A stretch of DNA of 64,000 nt, taken from assembly GCF_013315695.1 (NCBI RefSeq), contig NZ_CP054353.1. One strand, 5' to 3'. The translations under genes were made by a program, and so were the position numbers. This document shows, piece by piece, positions 1 through 9,400 of the stretch. The notes under the pieces are model-generated. The model had not been told where the DNA came from and made no database searches. It saw nothing but the letters and a program-made list of their open reading frames with translations. This DNA is from Escherichia coli (GTDB lineage Bacteria > Pseudomonadota > Gammaproteobacteria > Enterobacterales > Enterobacteriaceae). Position 1 is the first letter of the stretch, and every line of letters starts with the position of its first letter.

Positions 1-1423
1 CTTCATACGATTTTTTCAGTATCACATCAGTGTGTTTGGTTAGGTCTTTGAAAATGCCTTTATTCATCGCGTCGTAGCGTTTGGCGTTGCTCTCAACAGG
101 CATAAAGATATCTTTCACGCGAACCATTTTGTCGACAGCCGTTGCGTAATCCGGATACAGACCAAGCCCTACCGCCGTATTAATCGCCGCCCCCAGACTT
201 GCACAACCATTAATGGCGTTACGGCGTGCCGGAAGGTTGAACACGTCGGCAAAAATCTGCATAAACAGATCGCTGTTCGAACCGCCGCCAGTAATGATCA
301 CATGCTTTGCAAAGTGATTCATTTCATTACACATATTGTCGTAATTGTTCTTCAGCGTCAGCGCCACGCTTTCCAGTATCGAACGATATATCCATGCGTA
401 ATCCATGCTGGAATCAAAGCCGATCATAATCCCGCGTTTGTATGGTTCCCACGGATTGGTCAGCCAGTCCAGCACCGTCATCAGACCATTACAGCCAGGT
501 GGCACACAAGACGCTTTTTTGTTGAGCAAATCTTCCGGTGAAAGATCCTGTGCTTTGGCATCCTGAATTAACGACTCGCCTAGCATGTCGCGTAGCCAGC
601 TCACCGTCCACATGCCTTTGCGAATACCGTAACCTTCATACAGCAAGGTTTGCGGAATAGAAGACATAATCGGCCAGTACGCTACCGGATCTTTCGGCAG
701 TGCTTTACCGTTCATCATCAGCGCGATGTAGGTGCCAAGAGAAATCACCGCCGTTTCATCATCCAGTAATCCGGCTCCCAGAGCTTCTACCGGTTTATCA
801 CTGGTGGTACAAACAACCGGCAGCCCAGCTGGGAAATGTGTCGCCAGCGCGGCTTGAGGAGTGATATGCCCAAGAACAGTGCCCGGCATTTGCACATCAA
901 ACAGCATATGACGGGGGATATTAAACTTCTCCATGACTGCGGCATCTTCACTCCATGCCCAGCTCTTATAATCCACCGGCCACTGACCAAAATAGTTGGC
1001 GATATTGTCTTTAAACTCGCCGGTTAAGCGATGCGTCAGATAACCCGAAAAAGAGGTGACATATGCCACGTCAGGATTCGTATGTTCGTAAGGGCGTGTA
1101 ACGCGTGCATCCTGCCAGCTAATCAACGGCGCAGCTGGCGTGCCATCGGCTTTCAATAACGCACGGCAGCAACGGATGGATCCCAGACCAATACCGACAA
1201 TATCTTCTTTATTTCCGGCAAACTGACTCATCAAATCGTGACCGGCAAAACATAATGATGCCCATAAATCGTCGTCAGGATGTTCTGCGGTATCGGCATC
1301 TGGCGTGTGCATCGGCTGCAATAAGCCTTTGCCTTCGCAAACCACATTACCTTCCAGATCATACATCACCACTTTTGTGCTCTGACTTCCGCCATCAATC
1401 CCTATGATGTATTTTTTCGACAT
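1..1423 (-). CDS. ygcE: FGGY-family sugar kinase, C-terminal end cut off by the window edge
   Basis: Minus-strand ORF starting at ATG (1423-1421) with a GGAG RBS upstream; hand translation MSKKYIIGIDGGSQSTKVV... shows the FGGY kinase N-terminal glycine-rich motif; runs off the left edge so it is absent from the ORF track. Symbol by synteny. Confidence 0.75.
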   Translation of the reverse strand, partial: MSKKYIIGIDGGSQSTKVVMYDLEGNVVCEGKGLLQPMHTPDADTAEHPDDDLWASLCFAGHDLMSQFAGNKEDIVGIGLGSIRCCRALLKADGTPAAPLISWQDARVTRPYEHTNPDVAYVTSFSGYLTHRLTGEFKDNIANYFGQWPVDYKSWAWSEDAAVMEKFNIPRHMLFDVQMPGTVLGHITPQAALATHFPAGLPVVCTTSDKPVEALGAGLLDDETAVISLGTYIALMMNGKALPKDPVAYWPIMSSIPQTLLYEGYGIRKGMWTVSWLRDMLGESLIQDAKAQDLSPEDLLNKKASCVPPGCNGLMTVLDWLTNPWEPYKRGIMIGFDSSMDYAWIYRSILESVALTLKNNYDNMCNEMNHFAKHVIITGGGSNSDLFMQIFADVFNLPARRNAINGCASLGAAINTAVGLGLYPDYATAVDKMVRVKDIFMPVESNAKRYDAMNKGIFKDLTKHTDVILKKSYE

Positions 1424-1449
1424 GATTTTTCTCCTGTAATTTTCTGGAC

Positions 1450-2727
1450 TTACTTGCTGCTAGCCATAGCAGGGGCGCTATCAGCAGTACGAATTTTTTG
1501 GAACAGCAAAAAGGTAAAGACGATCACCATGGCAAGCGCCGCCATGCCCATCAGCCACATATTGCGGTAGGCTTCTGCAGCGGGCAGGGTGTCTTGCCAG
1601 TAGCCGATAATCGGGTAAACGAAGACATCCGGCAGGAATCCAATCACCGAACAAATACCTACCGTGGTGCCCATAATGTAAGACGGTGTTCTCGCTTCGC
1701 CAGGGCAGGCCCAGTACAGCCCGCGTGAGGCGTAACAGGTGAATCCCAGCAGTAAAATCAGGCCAATCCCCATCGCGACCGATTGCGGGTTAGAGTTCGT
1801 GACGAGCAGGGCAGTTAACGCCAGCAAGCCGAGTACGGAAAGGATTTGGATCACGCGGGTAGGGGATTTCACTTTACTGTAGGTGGTGATAATGCCGCCA
1901 AGTGGACCACACAGCGCGCGGAATATTTTGTTGATCACAATCCCCATGTAGCTCGCCGCCACCAGCGACATGCCGTACATTTCGGTGAGATAGTTGGTGG
2001 AGTAACTCAGAATGGCGTAGATGGTGAAGACACCAAAAATCACCATGCTGCAATACCAGGTGGTGCTGATGCGCAAAACGGCCAGGATGTCGCTAAGCTG
2101 GAATGACTGTTTTTCTTCGTTATTGGTATTGCGCAGGTTGTTGTTATCGCTAACAAAAAACCAGCACAGAATCCCCAATAAAATGTAGACCACACTGTAG
2201 ATGATAATGACCGTTTTCAGGCTGGCGCTGTCATCCGGTGCAAAGCGAGAAAAGACCCACATGGTAAACACCGCCAGCGACATTACACCGACGCCGCGCA
2301 GCCCTTCCATCCAGCCCATAATTTTCCCTTGCTCGCTATGATCGCCCAGCAACGATGCGGCTTTAATCGACACCGACCACAGCATTAAAATCGTCGTTAT
2401 CGCAAAGGCGACCTGAATACAGAGCATTACCCACAGCGGTGGATAAGTTGCCATTAACAGACCCAGTAATCCGGTAATGATCATCGCGGAAGTAATCATT
2501 TTGCGATGTGAGAATTTATCGGCAATAACGCCACTGGGCGCATAAAGAATAATAGCTGCAATACCAAAGGTACTCATTATTAAACCTATCTCGGTATTGC
2601 TGAATCCCATAAATTTTGCTATGGGAATTTGATAAATATAACGTAAATAAGCCAGGTCGAAACTAACGCCGCCGCTAAAACTAATTATCGCGAGGGTTAT
2701 CCAACGGCGATATGAGTTGTGTTGCAT
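1450..2727 (-). CDS. yqcE: MFS-family transporter (425 aa)
   Basis: 425-aa ORF, highly hydrophobic with multiple predicted transmembrane segments; position between the sugar kinase and ygcW matches K-12 synteny. Confidence 0.8.
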   Translation of the reverse strand: MQHNSYRRWITLAIISFSGGVSFDLAYLRYIYQIPIAKFMGFSNTEIGLIMSTFGIAAIILYAPSGVIADKFSHRKMITSAMIITGLLGLLMATYPPLWVMLCIQVAFAITTILMLWSVSIKAASLLGDHSEQGKIMGWMEGLRGVGVMSLAVFTMWVFSRFAPDDSASLKTVIIIYSVVYILLGILCWFFVSDNNNLRNTNNEEKQSFQLSDILAVLRISTTWYCSMVIFGVFTIYAILSYSTNYLTEMYGMSLVAASYMGIVINKIFRALCGPLGGIITTYSKVKSPTRVIQILSVLGLLALTALLVTNSNPQSVAMGIGLILLLGFTCYASRGLYWACPGEARTPSYIMGTTVGICSVIGFLPDVFVYPIIGYWQDTLPAAEAYRNMWLMGMAALAMVIVFTFLLFQKIRTADSAPAMASSK

Positions 2728-2905
2728 ATCGTATTCCCATTTGTAATAGACAAAAAAAAGAGAAAAGTAAGCCGCCCTTTCAGGTGGATTACTTTTCTCA
2801 GGTCTCTAGTAATTGCAATAAGAAATAACATGGAAAGCAGTGGTGTTGTGTGAGAGTAGTCACGCTTCTGCTTTTTAAAATTATTTGATAATACGAATAT
2901 CACAC

Positions 2906-2921
2906 TGTGATTACGATCACA
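2906..2921. promoter_or_regulatory. Consensus cAMP-CRP binding site in the yqcE/ygcW divergent intergenic region
   Basis: TGTGATTACGATCACA reads as TGTGA-N6-TCACA, a perfect match to both CRP consensus half-sites. Confidence 0.55.
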
Positions 2922-2974
2922 TTAGCGCTTATGCCCTTATGCTAAAAATTATATCCAGTTACCAGAGATAATGA

Positions 2975-3022
2975 GAAAGGTAACTTCCCTCTCGCGGGGG
3001 AAGTTACCTTTCTTTTTTTTTT
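2975..3022 (+). terminator. Strong intrinsic terminator/attenuator hairpin 25 nt upstream of the ygcW start codon
   Basis: Perfect 15-bp stem GAAAGGTAACTTCCC / GGGAAGTTACCTTTC (2975-2989 and 2998-3012) with an 8-nt loop, followed by a run of 10 T (3013-3022). Upstream AGTTACC (2957-2963) could pair with GGTAACT in the 5' arm as an antiterminator. Confidence 0.5.
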
Positions 3023-3046
3023 GCCTTACGGAAATTGGAGCTAACT

Positions 3047-3832
3047 ATGTCAATCGAATCTCTCAATGCGTTCTCAATGGATTTTTTCTCCCTGAAAGGT
3101 AAAACAGCAATTGTTACCGGCGGGAATAGCGGTTTAGGCCAGGCATTTGCCATGGCGTTGGCCAAAGCTGGCGCAAATGTCTTTATCCCTAGCTTCGTCA
3201 AAGATAACGGCGAAACAAAGGAAATGATTGAAAAACAGGGTGTCGAAGTTGATTTTATGCAGGTGGATATCACCGCAGAAGGCGCGCCGCAGAAGATTAT
3301 CGCTGCCTGCTGTGAGCGCTTCGGTACCGTAGATATTCTGGTTAACAATGCCGGTATTTGTAAGCTGAATAAGGTGCTGGACTTCGGTCGTGCCGACTGG
3401 GACCCGATGATTGATGTGAACCTGACCGCCGCATTCGAGTTAAGCTACGAAGCGGCAAAAATTATGATCCCGCAGAAAAGCGGTAAAATTATTAATATCT
3501 GTTCATTGTTCTCTTACTTAGGTGGACAATGGTCACCTGCATATTCTGCAACTAAACATGCTCTTGCCGGATTCACCAAAGCTTATTGTGATGAACTAGG
3601 TCAATATAATATTCAGGTAAATGGTATTGCCCCTGGATATTACGCTACCGATATCACCCTGGCGACACGCAGTAATCCAGAAACCAATCAGCGCGTTCTT
3701 GATCATATTCCAGCAAACCGTTGGGGCGATACTCAGGATTTAATGGGCACAGCCATATTTCTCGCAAGTCCGGCATCGAATTATGTCAACGGACATTTAT
3801 TAGTGGTTGATGGCGGTTATTTAGTGCGCTAA
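3047..3832 (+). CDS. ygcW: Short-chain dehydrogenase/reductase (SDR), 261 aa
   Basis: ORF with TGGNSGLG Rossmann motif and YxxxK-type active-site region; start taken at the ATG preceded by a GGAG RBS (MSIESLNAF...). Confidence 0.85.
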   Translation: MSIESLNAFSMDFFSLKGKTAIVTGGNSGLGQAFAMALAKAGANVFIPSFVKDNGETKEMIEKQGVEVDFMQVDITAEGAPQKIIAACCERFGTVDILVNNAGICKLNKVLDFGRADWDPMIDVNLTAAFELSYEAAKIMIPQKSGKIINICSLFSYLGGQWSPAYSATKHALAGFTKAYCDELGQYNIQVNGIAPGYYATDITLATRSNPETNQRVLDHIPANRWGDTQDLMGTAIFLASPASNYVNGHLLVVDGGYLVR

Positions 3833-3901
3833 TCCATAACGGTGGTTTCTGTTTTCTCTTATTAATGATTATTCCATTTTTATTATCAGGAAGGAATTAC
3901 T

Positions 3902-5356
3902 ATGTCTTTATCTCGCGCAGCGATTGTCGACCAGCTAAAGGAAATTGTTGGTGCAGATCGCGTAATTACCGATGAAACAGTATTAAAGAAAAACAGTATT
4001 GACCGTTTTCGCAAATTTCCGGATATTCATGGCATTTATACTTTGCCTATTCCGGCAGCGGTCGTAAAACTCGGTTCCACAGAGCAAGTGTCCCGTGTGC
4101 TGAATTTTATGAATGCGCACAAAATTAACGGTGTGCCGCGTACCGGTGCTTCCGCTACCGAAGGTGGACTGGAAACCGTTGTGGAAAACTCGGTAGTGCT
4201 TGATGGCTCTGCAATGAATCAAATCATTAATATTGATATAGAGAATATGCAGGCGACGGCGCAATGTGGTGTTCCGCTGGAGGTGCTGGAAAACGCGTTG
4301 CGTGAAAAAGGTTACACCACGGGGCATTCACCGCAATCAAAACCGCTGGCGCAGATGGGCGGCCTGGTAGCAACCCGCAGTATCGGGCAGTTCTCCACAC
4401 TCTACGGCGCAATCGAAGATATGGTCGTTGGTCTGGAAGCAGTATTGGCTGATGGCACCGTAACACGTATTAAAAACGTGCCACGCCGCGCGGCTGGCCC
4501 GGACATTCGTCACATTATCATCGGCAACGAAGGTGCATTGTGCTATATCACTGAAGTAACAGTGAAAATCTTTAAGTTCACCCCGGAAAACAACCTCTTC
4601 TACGGCTATATCCTGGAAGATATGAAAACCGGCTTCAACATCCTGCGTGAAATCATGGTGGAAGGGTATCGTCCGTCGATTGCTCGTTTGTATGATGCTG
4701 AAGATGGCACCCAACACTTCACCCATTTTGCCGACGGCAAATGCGTGCTGATCTTTATGGCTGAAGGTAACCTTCGCATTGCGAAGGCGACGGGCGAAGG
4801 GATTGCTGAAATCGTGGCACGTTACCCGCAATGCCAGAGCGTGGACAGCAAGCTGATCGAAACCTGGTTTAACAACCTGAACTGGGGACCGGATAAAGTG
4901 GCTGCCGAACGTGTGCAGATCCTCAAAACCGGCAACATGGGCTTTACCACCGAAGTGTCCGGCTGCTGGAGCTGCATTCACGAAATCTACGAAAGCGTTA
5001 TTAACCGTATTCGTACCGAGTTCCCGCACGCCGACGACATCACCATGCTGGGCGGTCACTCCTCTCATAGCTATCAGAACGGCACCAACATGTACTTCGT
5101 CTACGACTACAACGTCGTTGACTGTAAGCCGGAAGAGGAAATCGACAAGTACCACAATCCGCTCAACAAAATCATCTGCGAAGAAACCATTCGCCTCGGC
5201 GGTTCGATGGTGCACCACCACGGTATTGGTAAACATCGCGTTCACTGGAGCAAACTGGAACACGGCAGCGCGTGGACGTTGCTGGAAGGGCTGAAAAAAC
5301 AGTTCGATCCTAACGGCATTATGAATACGGGTACTATCTATCCGATTGAAAAATAA
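3902..5356 (+). CDS. ygcU: FAD-linked oxidase/dehydrogenase (484 aa)
   Basis: 484-aa ORF with an FAD-binding PCMH-type N-terminal region; RBS AGGAAGG upstream. Confidence 0.85.
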   Translation: MSLSRAAIVDQLKEIVGADRVITDETVLKKNSIDRFRKFPDIHGIYTLPIPAAVVKLGSTEQVSRVLNFMNAHKINGVPRTGASATEGGLETVVENSVVLDGSAMNQIINIDIENMQATAQCGVPLEVLENALREKGYTTGHSPQSKPLAQMGGLVATRSIGQFSTLYGAIEDMVVGLEAVLADGTVTRIKNVPRRAAGPDIRHIIIGNEGALCYITEVTVKIFKFTPENNLFYGYILEDMKTGFNILREIMVEGYRPSIARLYDAEDGTQHFTHFADGKCVLIFMAEGNLRIAKATGEGIAEIVARYPQCQSVDSKLIETWFNNLNWGPDKVAAERVQILKTGNMGFTTEVSGCWSCIHEIYESVINRIRTEFPHADDITMLGGHSSHSYQNGTNMYFVYDYNVVDCKPEEEIDKYHNPLNKIICEETIRLGGSMVHHHGIGKHRVHWSKLEHGSAWTLLEGLKKQFDPNGIMNTGTIYPIEK

Positions 5357-5397
5357 TGTGTGAGGCAGCGTTCCGCGATGACGGGGCGTTGCCTTTT

Positions 5398-5419
5398 CGG
5401 CTTCTCAGGCGAGAAGCCG
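5398..5419 (+). terminator. Intercistronic hairpin between ygcU and ygcS (possible partial terminator)
   Basis: CGGCTTCTC-AGGC-GAGAAGCCG, a 9-bp GC-rich stem followed by TTCTTATT. Confidence 0.3.
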
Positions 5420-5449
5420 TTCTTATTACCGGACAATGAAGGGGTAAAG

Positions 5450-6787
5450 ATGAACACTTCACCGGTGCGAATGGATGATTTACCGCTTAACCGTTTTCAC
5501 TGTCGAATTGCTGCGCTCACTTTCGGCGCGCACCTGACCGACGGTTATGTTCTCGGCGTCATTGGTTACGCCATTATTCAGCTTACGCCCGCCATGCAAC
5601 TGACGCCGTTAATGGCGGGAATGATCGGCGGCTCGGCGCTCCTTGGTTTGTTTCTTGGCAGCCTGGTTCTTGGGTGGATCTCCGACCATATTGGTCGGCA
5701 AAAAATCTTCACCTTCAGCTTTTTGCTGATTACGCTCGCTTCGCTCTTGCAATTTTTTGCCACCACGCCAGAGCATCTTATTGGATTGCGCATTTTGATC
5801 GGCATTGGTCTGGGAGGCGATTACTCAGTCGGTCACACCTTGCTGGCTGAATTTTCCCCGCGCCGCCATCGCGGTATTTTGCTGGGCGCATTCAGTGTGG
5901 TGTGGACCGTAGGCTATGTGCTGGCAAGTATTGCCGGACATCACTTTATTACCGAAAGCCCGGAGGCCTGGCGCTGGCTGCTGGCATCAGCGGCGTTACC
6001 AGCCTTGCTGATTACGCTGCTACGTTGGGGCACGCCGGAATCGCCACGCTGGCTACTGCGCCAGGGGCGTTTTGCAGAAGCTCACGCTATCGTTCATCGC
6101 TATTTTGGCCCGCATGTTTTACTGGGCGATGAAGTGGCAACGGCGACCCATAAACACATCAAAACCTTGTTCTCTTCGCGCTACTGGCGGCGCACAGCGT
6201 TTAACAGCGTCTTCTTTGTCTGCCTCGTAATCCCATGGTTTGTGATTTATACCTGGCTGCCAACTATCGCCCAGACTATTGGACTGGAAGATGCGCTGAC
6301 TGCCAGCCTGATGCTTAATGCGTTGTTAATTGTTGGCGCGCTGCTGGGATTAGTTCTGACGCACCTGCTGGCACATCGCAAGTTTTTGCTGGGAAGTTTT
6401 TTGTTGCTGGCGGCAACGCTGGTAGTGATGGCCTGTTTGCCTTCCGGCAGTTCATTAACGCTGCTGCTTTTTGTTCTCTTCAGCACCACCATTTCGGCAG
6501 TCAGTAATCTGGTGGGCATTTTGCCTGCGGAAAGTTTTCCTACTGACATTCGCTCGCTGGGCGTCGGTTTTGCCACCGCCATGAGTCGGTTGGGGGCGGC
6601 GGTAAGTACTGGCCTGCTGCCGTGGGTGCTGGCGCAGTGGGGAATGCAAGCCACCTTATTGCTCCTGGCGGCAGTGTTGTTGGTTGGTTTTGTTGTGACC
6701 TGGCTATGGGCACCAGAAACCAAAGCACTCCCGCTGGTGGCGGCGGGAAATGTAGGAGGTGCGAATGAACATTCTGTTAGCGTTTAA
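5450..6787 (+). CDS. ygcS: MFS transporter (445 aa)
   Basis: ORF track frame 5360-6787; start placed at the ATG (MNTSPVRMDD...) with a GAAGGGG RBS, downstream of the hairpin; hydrophobic multi-pass protein. Confidence 0.8.
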   Translation: MNTSPVRMDDLPLNRFHCRIAALTFGAHLTDGYVLGVIGYAIIQLTPAMQLTPLMAGMIGGSALLGLFLGSLVLGWISDHIGRQKIFTFSFLLITLASLLQFFATTPEHLIGLRILIGIGLGGDYSVGHTLLAEFSPRRHRGILLGAFSVVWTVGYVLASIAGHHFITESPEAWRWLLASAALPALLITLLRWGTPESPRWLLRQGRFAEAHAIVHRYFGPHVLLGDEVATATHKHIKTLFSSRYWRRTAFNSVFFVCLVIPWFVIYTWLPTIAQTIGLEDALTASLMLNALLIVGALLGLVLTHLLAHRKFLLGSFLLLAATLVVMACLPSGSSLTLLLFVLFSTTISAVSNLVGILPAESFPTDIRSLGVGFATAMSRLGAAVSTGLLPWVLAQWGMQATLLLLAAVLLVGFVVTWLWAPETKALPLVAAGNVGGANEHSVSV

Positions 6788-7544
6788 AGCCGAACCGGAT
6801 GCCGGAATGCTGGCGGAAAAAGAGTGGCAGGCGGCGGCTCAGGGTAATATTGGACCAGATGTTTCGCTACTGCGAAGTTTACTCGGTGCTGATGAACAGG
6901 CTGCCGCCGCGCTGCTGTTGGCGCAGAGAAAAAACGGTACGTCGATGTCTTTAACCGCGTTGAGCATGGGGGATGAACGGGCGTTGCACTGGCTGCGCTA
7001 TCTCATGGCTCTTGGGTTTGAGGACGCTGTATTGCTGGAGACGGTGGCAGATCTGCGCTTTGCGCCGGAATTTGTCGCTCGCCATATTGCCGAATGGCAG
7101 CGTCAGAATCCGCTGGATCTGATAATTACCGGCTGCCAAAGCAGCGAAGGGCAGAATGGGCAAACGCCATTTTTGCTGGCGGAAATGCTGGGCTGGCCCT
7201 GCTTCACCCTGGTGGAGCGTTTTACTCTCGACGCGCCGTTTATCACCCTTGAACAGCGTACTGAACATGGGCTGCGCTGTTACCGGGTTCGCTTGCCTGC
7301 GGTGATTGCCGTGCGCCAGTGTGGTGAAGTGGCCTTGCCAGTACCGGGAATGCGCCAGCGAATGGCTGCGGGGAAAGCAGAAATTATCCGTAAAACTGTT
7401 GCTGTCGAATTGCCAGCGATGCAGTGTCTGCAACTGGCAAGAGCAGAGCAACGACGCGGAGCGACGCTGATTGATGGGCAAACGGTAGCAGAAAAAGCGC
7501 AAAAGCTATGGCAGAACTATTTACGCCAAAGGATGCAGCCATGA
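6765..7544 (+). CDS. ygcR: Electron-transfer flavoprotein beta subunit-like (FixA-like)
   Basis: ORF MNILLAFKAEPD...; overlaps the ygcS stop and the ygcQ start, consistent with translational coupling. Confidence 0.8.
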   Translation: MNILLAFKAEPDAGMLAEKEWQAAAQGNIGPDVSLLRSLLGADEQAAAALLLAQRKNGTSMSLTALSMGDERALHWLRYLMALGFEDAVLLETVADLRFAPEFVARHIAEWQRQNPLDLIITGCQSSEGQNGQTPFLLAEMLGWPCFTLVERFTLDAPFITLEQRTEHGLRCYRVRLPAVIAVRQCGEVALPVPGMRQRMAAGKAEIIRKTVAVELPAMQCLQLARAEQRRGATLIDGQTVAEKAQKLWQNYLRQRMQP

Positions 7545-8401
7545 ATATCGCAATTGTGACAATAAATCAGGAGAATGCCGCAATAGCGAGCTGGCTGGCA
7601 GAACAGGATTTCAGCGGTTGTACCCTGGCACACTGGCAGATTGAACCTCAGCCCGTAGTGGCGGAACAGGTGCTGGATGCGCTGGTGGAACAGTGGCAGC
7701 GAACGCCAGCGGACGTTGTTCTCTTTCCGCCGGGAACGTTTGGTGATGAACTGTCGACACGGCTGGCCTGGCGTTTACATGGTGCAAGCATCTGCCAGGT
7801 GACTTCGTTAGATATTTCAACCGTAAGCGTGCGCAAATCCCACTGGGGAAATGCGCTAACGGCGACGCTGCAAACAGAAAAACGCCCGCTATGCCTTTCC
7901 CTTGCCCGCCAGGCGGGAGCAGTGAAAAACGCCACATTGCCCTCTGGTATGCAGCAACTGAACATTGTCCCCGGCGCACTTCCCGACTGGCTGGTTAGCA
8001 CAGAGGATCTGAAAAATGTTACCCGTGACCCATTAGCTGAGGCCAGACGGGTGCTGGTGGTGGGGCAGGGCGGAGAGGCAGATAACCAGGAAATCGCTAT
8101 GCTGGCAGAAAAGCTGGGAGCCGAAGTGGGCTACAGTCGGGCGCGAGTAATGAACGGTGGCGTTGATGCCGAAAAAGTGATTGGTATTTCCGGACATCTG
8201 CTGGCACCTGAGGTGTGTATTGTTGTTGGCGCTTCTGGCGCAGCAGCGTTAATGGCGGGCGTATGCAATAGCAAGTTTGTGGTGGCGATTAATCATGACG
8301 CCAGCGCAGCGGTATTTTCACAGGCAGATGTTGGCGTGGTTGATGACTGGAAAGTGGTGCTGGAGGCAATGGTGACAAACATTCACGCAGATTGCCAATA
8401 A
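7541..8401 (+). CDS. ygcQ: Electron-transfer flavoprotein alpha subunit-like (FixB-like)
   Basis: ORF MNIAIVTINQ... with a C-terminal ETF-alpha FAD-binding region (GISGHLLAPEVCIVVGASGA). Confidence 0.8.
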   Translation: MNIAIVTINQENAAIASWLAEQDFSGCTLAHWQIEPQPVVAEQVLDALVEQWQRTPADVVLFPPGTFGDELSTRLAWRLHGASICQVTSLDISTVSVRKSHWGNALTATLQTEKRPLCLSLARQAGAVKNATLPSGMQQLNIVPGALPDWLVSTEDLKNVTRDPLAEARRVLVVGQGGEADNQEIAMLAEKLGAEVGYSRARVMNGGVDAEKVIGISGHLLAPEVCIVVGASGAAALMAGVCNSKFVVAINHDASAAVFSQADVGVVDDWKVVLEAMVTNIHADCQ

Positions 8402-8439
8402 CGTGTTGCTGGATGATCCTGCCTACGGTTCTGGCCTGG

Positions 8440-8490
8440 GGACTTGTAGGCCTGATAAGACGCGTCAAGCGTCGCATCAGGCGCTGAATG
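8440..8490. repeat. REP (repetitive extragenic palindromic) element between convergent ygcQ and ygcP
   Basis: GTAGGCCTGATAAGACGCGTCAAGCGTCGCATCAGGCG is the classic enterobacterial REP palindrome. Confidence 0.6.
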
Positions 8491-8547
8491 TCCGATGTGG
8501 CGTACAGCCTACAAATCACACAAATTCAATTCGTTACGATTATCCCG

Positions 8548-9123
8548 TCAAAGCAATTTTTTCGCTAGCGTCCAGACCCCGGTATTCGTGGTGGAAAGCG
8601 CCACGACACCTGCGTTAATCGCATTACGCGCATCTTCTTCATCGCACACCAGCCCGCCAGCAATCAGCGGTTGGCGGATTTTCTCCGTCACCCAGCCCAG
8701 CACTTTGGGCATACAGCCAGGCAGGATCTCAATACAATCCGGATTCGATTGCGCAACTTGCTTATCAATGTTGTGAAACGAAATCGAATCAACAATAAAC
8801 AGGCGATGAATACAGAAAAAACCTTCCGCTCTTGCTGCTTTCAGCATTGAGGCTTTGGTACTGATAATGCCGTCCGCCTCGGTCACCAGTTTCAGAAACT
8901 GAATCACCACTTCTTTGTTCGATGCGCCTTCCAGCAAATCGACATGAATAAAGGCATATTTCCCGGCACTTTTAATCTTTTTGACGATATGACTGATGGT
9001 GCAGATATTGCCGTACAACACGGAAATAAACTGGCATTCAGAGTCGATTGCCAGTTGCAGGCTGGCATTATCTTTAACGGCAGCAATCACCGGATTCTGG
9101 CGGAGCAGGTGTAAGAGGGGCAT
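8548..9123 (-). CDS. ygcP: GlpP-family (glycerol-3-phosphate-responsive type) transcription antiterminator-like protein
   Basis: 191-aa ORF with the conserved SAGKxxFxHVDL region of the GlpP antiterminator family. Confidence 0.8.
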   Translation of the reverse strand: MPLLHLLRQNPVIAAVKDNASLQLAIDSECQFISVLYGNICTISHIVKKIKSAGKYAFIHVDLLEGASNKEVVIQFLKLVTEADGIISTKASMLKAARAEGFFCIHRLFIVDSISFHNIDKQVAQSNPDCIEILPGCMPKVLGWVTEKIRQPLIAGGLVCDEEDARNAINAGVVALSTTNTGVWTLAKKLL

Positions 9124-9139
9124 AAATTATCCTTATTAT

Positions 9140-9400
9140 TTATCCAAAACGGTAGGTGATGCCGAATCCGGAAGGCGGATAGCGCCACTGTTGTAGTGTT
9201 GATTCGTCGCACAGCAAACGGCAGGTGCCACACTCCAGGCAGCCGCGATAATCAACGCGTAAGTCACCTTCCGGTGTGAGCGAAAAAAGACCAGCCGGAC
9301 AAGCGTTAATCAACCGTTGTACCGTCTGGCGCTCAACGGAGTCAGCCGGAACAATGTGCGGCGCATCGGCAACGCGCCAGAGATTACGGGCTACAGACAT
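9140..9400 (-). CDS. ygcO: Ferredoxin-like protein (FixX-like), 86 aa
   Basis: ORF MSVARNLW... with a CxxCxxC cysteine cluster; overlaps the ygcN 3' end. Confidence 0.75.
   Translation of the reverse strand: MSVARNLWRVADAPHIVPADSVERQTVQRLINACPAGLFSLTPEGDLRVDYRGCLECGTCRLLCDESTLQQWRYPPSGFGITYRFG

Noticed and set aside
302-1027. Small ORFs (302-541 plus, 787-990 minus, 836-1027 plus) at the left end
   Set aside because: All fall inside the partial ygcE kinase gene in other frames or strands.
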